A stretch of DNA of 64,000 nt from Trichodelitschia bisporula (lineage: Eukaryota). Below the pieces are notes generated by a model. It was not told where the DNA came from and did not search any database. It saw only the letters and a program-made list of their open reading frames with translations. The DNA is taken from positions 186,001 to 250,000 of the forward strand of contig ML996703.1 of NCBI GenBank assembly GCA_010356995.1. Reading direction: 5' to 3'. This document shows, piece by piece, positions 62,601 through 64,000 of the stretch (position 1 is its first letter; every line of letters begins with the position of its first letter). A program made the translations under genes and the position numbers.

Positions 62601-64000
62601 GGCCGTGGAGTGAAGAAGAAGGCTAAGCTAAGTTTTAGCCTCCCATCCAGCGATCATCACATTCGCAGAGATGCAGGCAGGCGTCGACGCAGGGACCATG
62701 ATCGAAACGTAGGGAAGACTGTAGCGGGGAGAAACGCGTAGGACGACGTGACGGAGACGGCCTTCTTGAGATGCGTCGCACATGTGCTGCTGTGCAACAG
62801 GGACACCAGATCCAGCGGCCTGGGTGCCTTGTGCTGCCACACCTTGACTTTTCCTAACGGAAGTTGACGATTCGGCGGCGCCCTGCCGTATGTTCGGCCA
62901 AACGAAACAGCGAGTCAGTGGCCCGAGCCTGATGACGGCGGGTCATGCCGAGCGCGGGGATCCCGCTACAAAGCTCCGTGATGTGCTATCGTACCGATAA
63001 ACTTGTTTGATCGTTTCCTAGGCCCCGAAACGGAGTGGCGCCCCTAAGGCCATACTGTACCTACTGAACCGTCGGTGTCGCAGGGCGTCTTCGATGGAAG
63101 GGTCTCCGGCTGCTCCAGGTCGAGTAGAATCGAGGGACGAGGTCACTGAAAAGTCCCAGACTTGCCCCCTTCACTCCATGACGACGCACGAAGGTACCAC
63201 ACACATTGATACTCTAGTGTTTGAGGCAGCAGGCCACGAGGCACGAGAGTTTCCATTCCATTCCCTGCCCCGACATCTGGTTCAAACTTTTTGATAAGGA
63301 ATCCAGAATTTTTGGTAGCGGGCGTTAGGCAGAAGAAGAAAGGAAAGGGTACGTACCACAACACGGTCGATCGACACGTCAATGGCATACGCCGCGCTCT
63401 CATCGTGAGGAGCATACGCGTTGTCACGGCACGGCAATCGTGCAAAATCCCGCATTCACCCCGAGCCCCTGCCATGGTATCTGAAAATATCGTAGCCACG
63501 CCCGGCAGCAAAAATGTCTGGGCAAGGCGGCCACGACTTTCTCAGGTGGCTGTTAGCTCAATGTATTGGAGTGCAGTGCGCCTCTCGTGCTGTGTTCAAC
63601 GCGTACACACACGTCTGGTACAGCAGAAAAGAGACTTGAAGAGAAGTTGAGTGTGGAGGGAGCTCCTTAGCCCTTCCTTCCTTTCCACGAGGCCTGCAGC
63701 CCCGCTGCGCGTAGATCCCAATTGCTTTTGTCGCGTCCTCTAACCCCCGTTGCTGTTCTCCTTACCGTTCTCCCATTTGCCCATTTCTCCTCCGGCCACT
63801 ACCCCCCGCAGCCGCTCTACGGAGGTACTCTGGCAGCTCGCGCCCGGTCTCGAGTAGAGTAGAACTTTGTTGTGGGGGGCACTGGGAGGCTTGCGGCAAG
63901 ACTAAATTGCTTGGCTTCTGCCGCTGGCTCCCCTTTTGCTGCTGTTTTGCTAGGAATTCGACTGACTGAGCGTCAGAGCGATGGCACATTACTGGCATGG

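Noticed and set aside
1..64000. tRNA, rRNA or snRNA genes
   Set aside because: No convincing cloverleaf or conserved RNA motif found by eye; a tRNAscan-SE or Infernal run is needed to exclude them.

Overview
Eukaryotic, intron-rich, GC-rich DNA from a filamentous ascomycete. This rests on short GT-AG introns with CTRAC/CTAAY branch sites and on the gene content; the class cannot be fixed from the sequence alone. Core-type genes: annexin ANXC4-like, APH/ACAD10-11-like phosphotransferase ending -AKL, SDR, glyoxalase-like, a conserved fungal hypothetical, an NTF2-like protein, a FlbB-like bZIP, ELMO/CED-12 and a Reg1-like DUF1752 protein. Two accessory-looking blocks lie between them. The first (about 5.7-19.7 kb) holds a decayed ORF, a secreted Cys-repeat plus mucin-stalk protein, a DUF6601 gene, a disrupted Goodbye-NACHT NLR-like gene and a decayed single-pass membrane gene. 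The second (about 23.1-27.6 kb) is a tandem array of three orphan paralogs that share a phase-1 intron and carry RIP-type CpA>TpA damage. Other notable signals: four exact copies of a 14-bp motif (ATATTGGCAAGACA) in a gene-free region near 35 kb, a C-rich to G-rich sense-strand skew that resets exon by exon, and about 12 kb with no recognisable gene at the right end. All family assignments come from motif recognition, not database searches. Two N gaps (3294-3358, 53656-53680) limit what can be seen.
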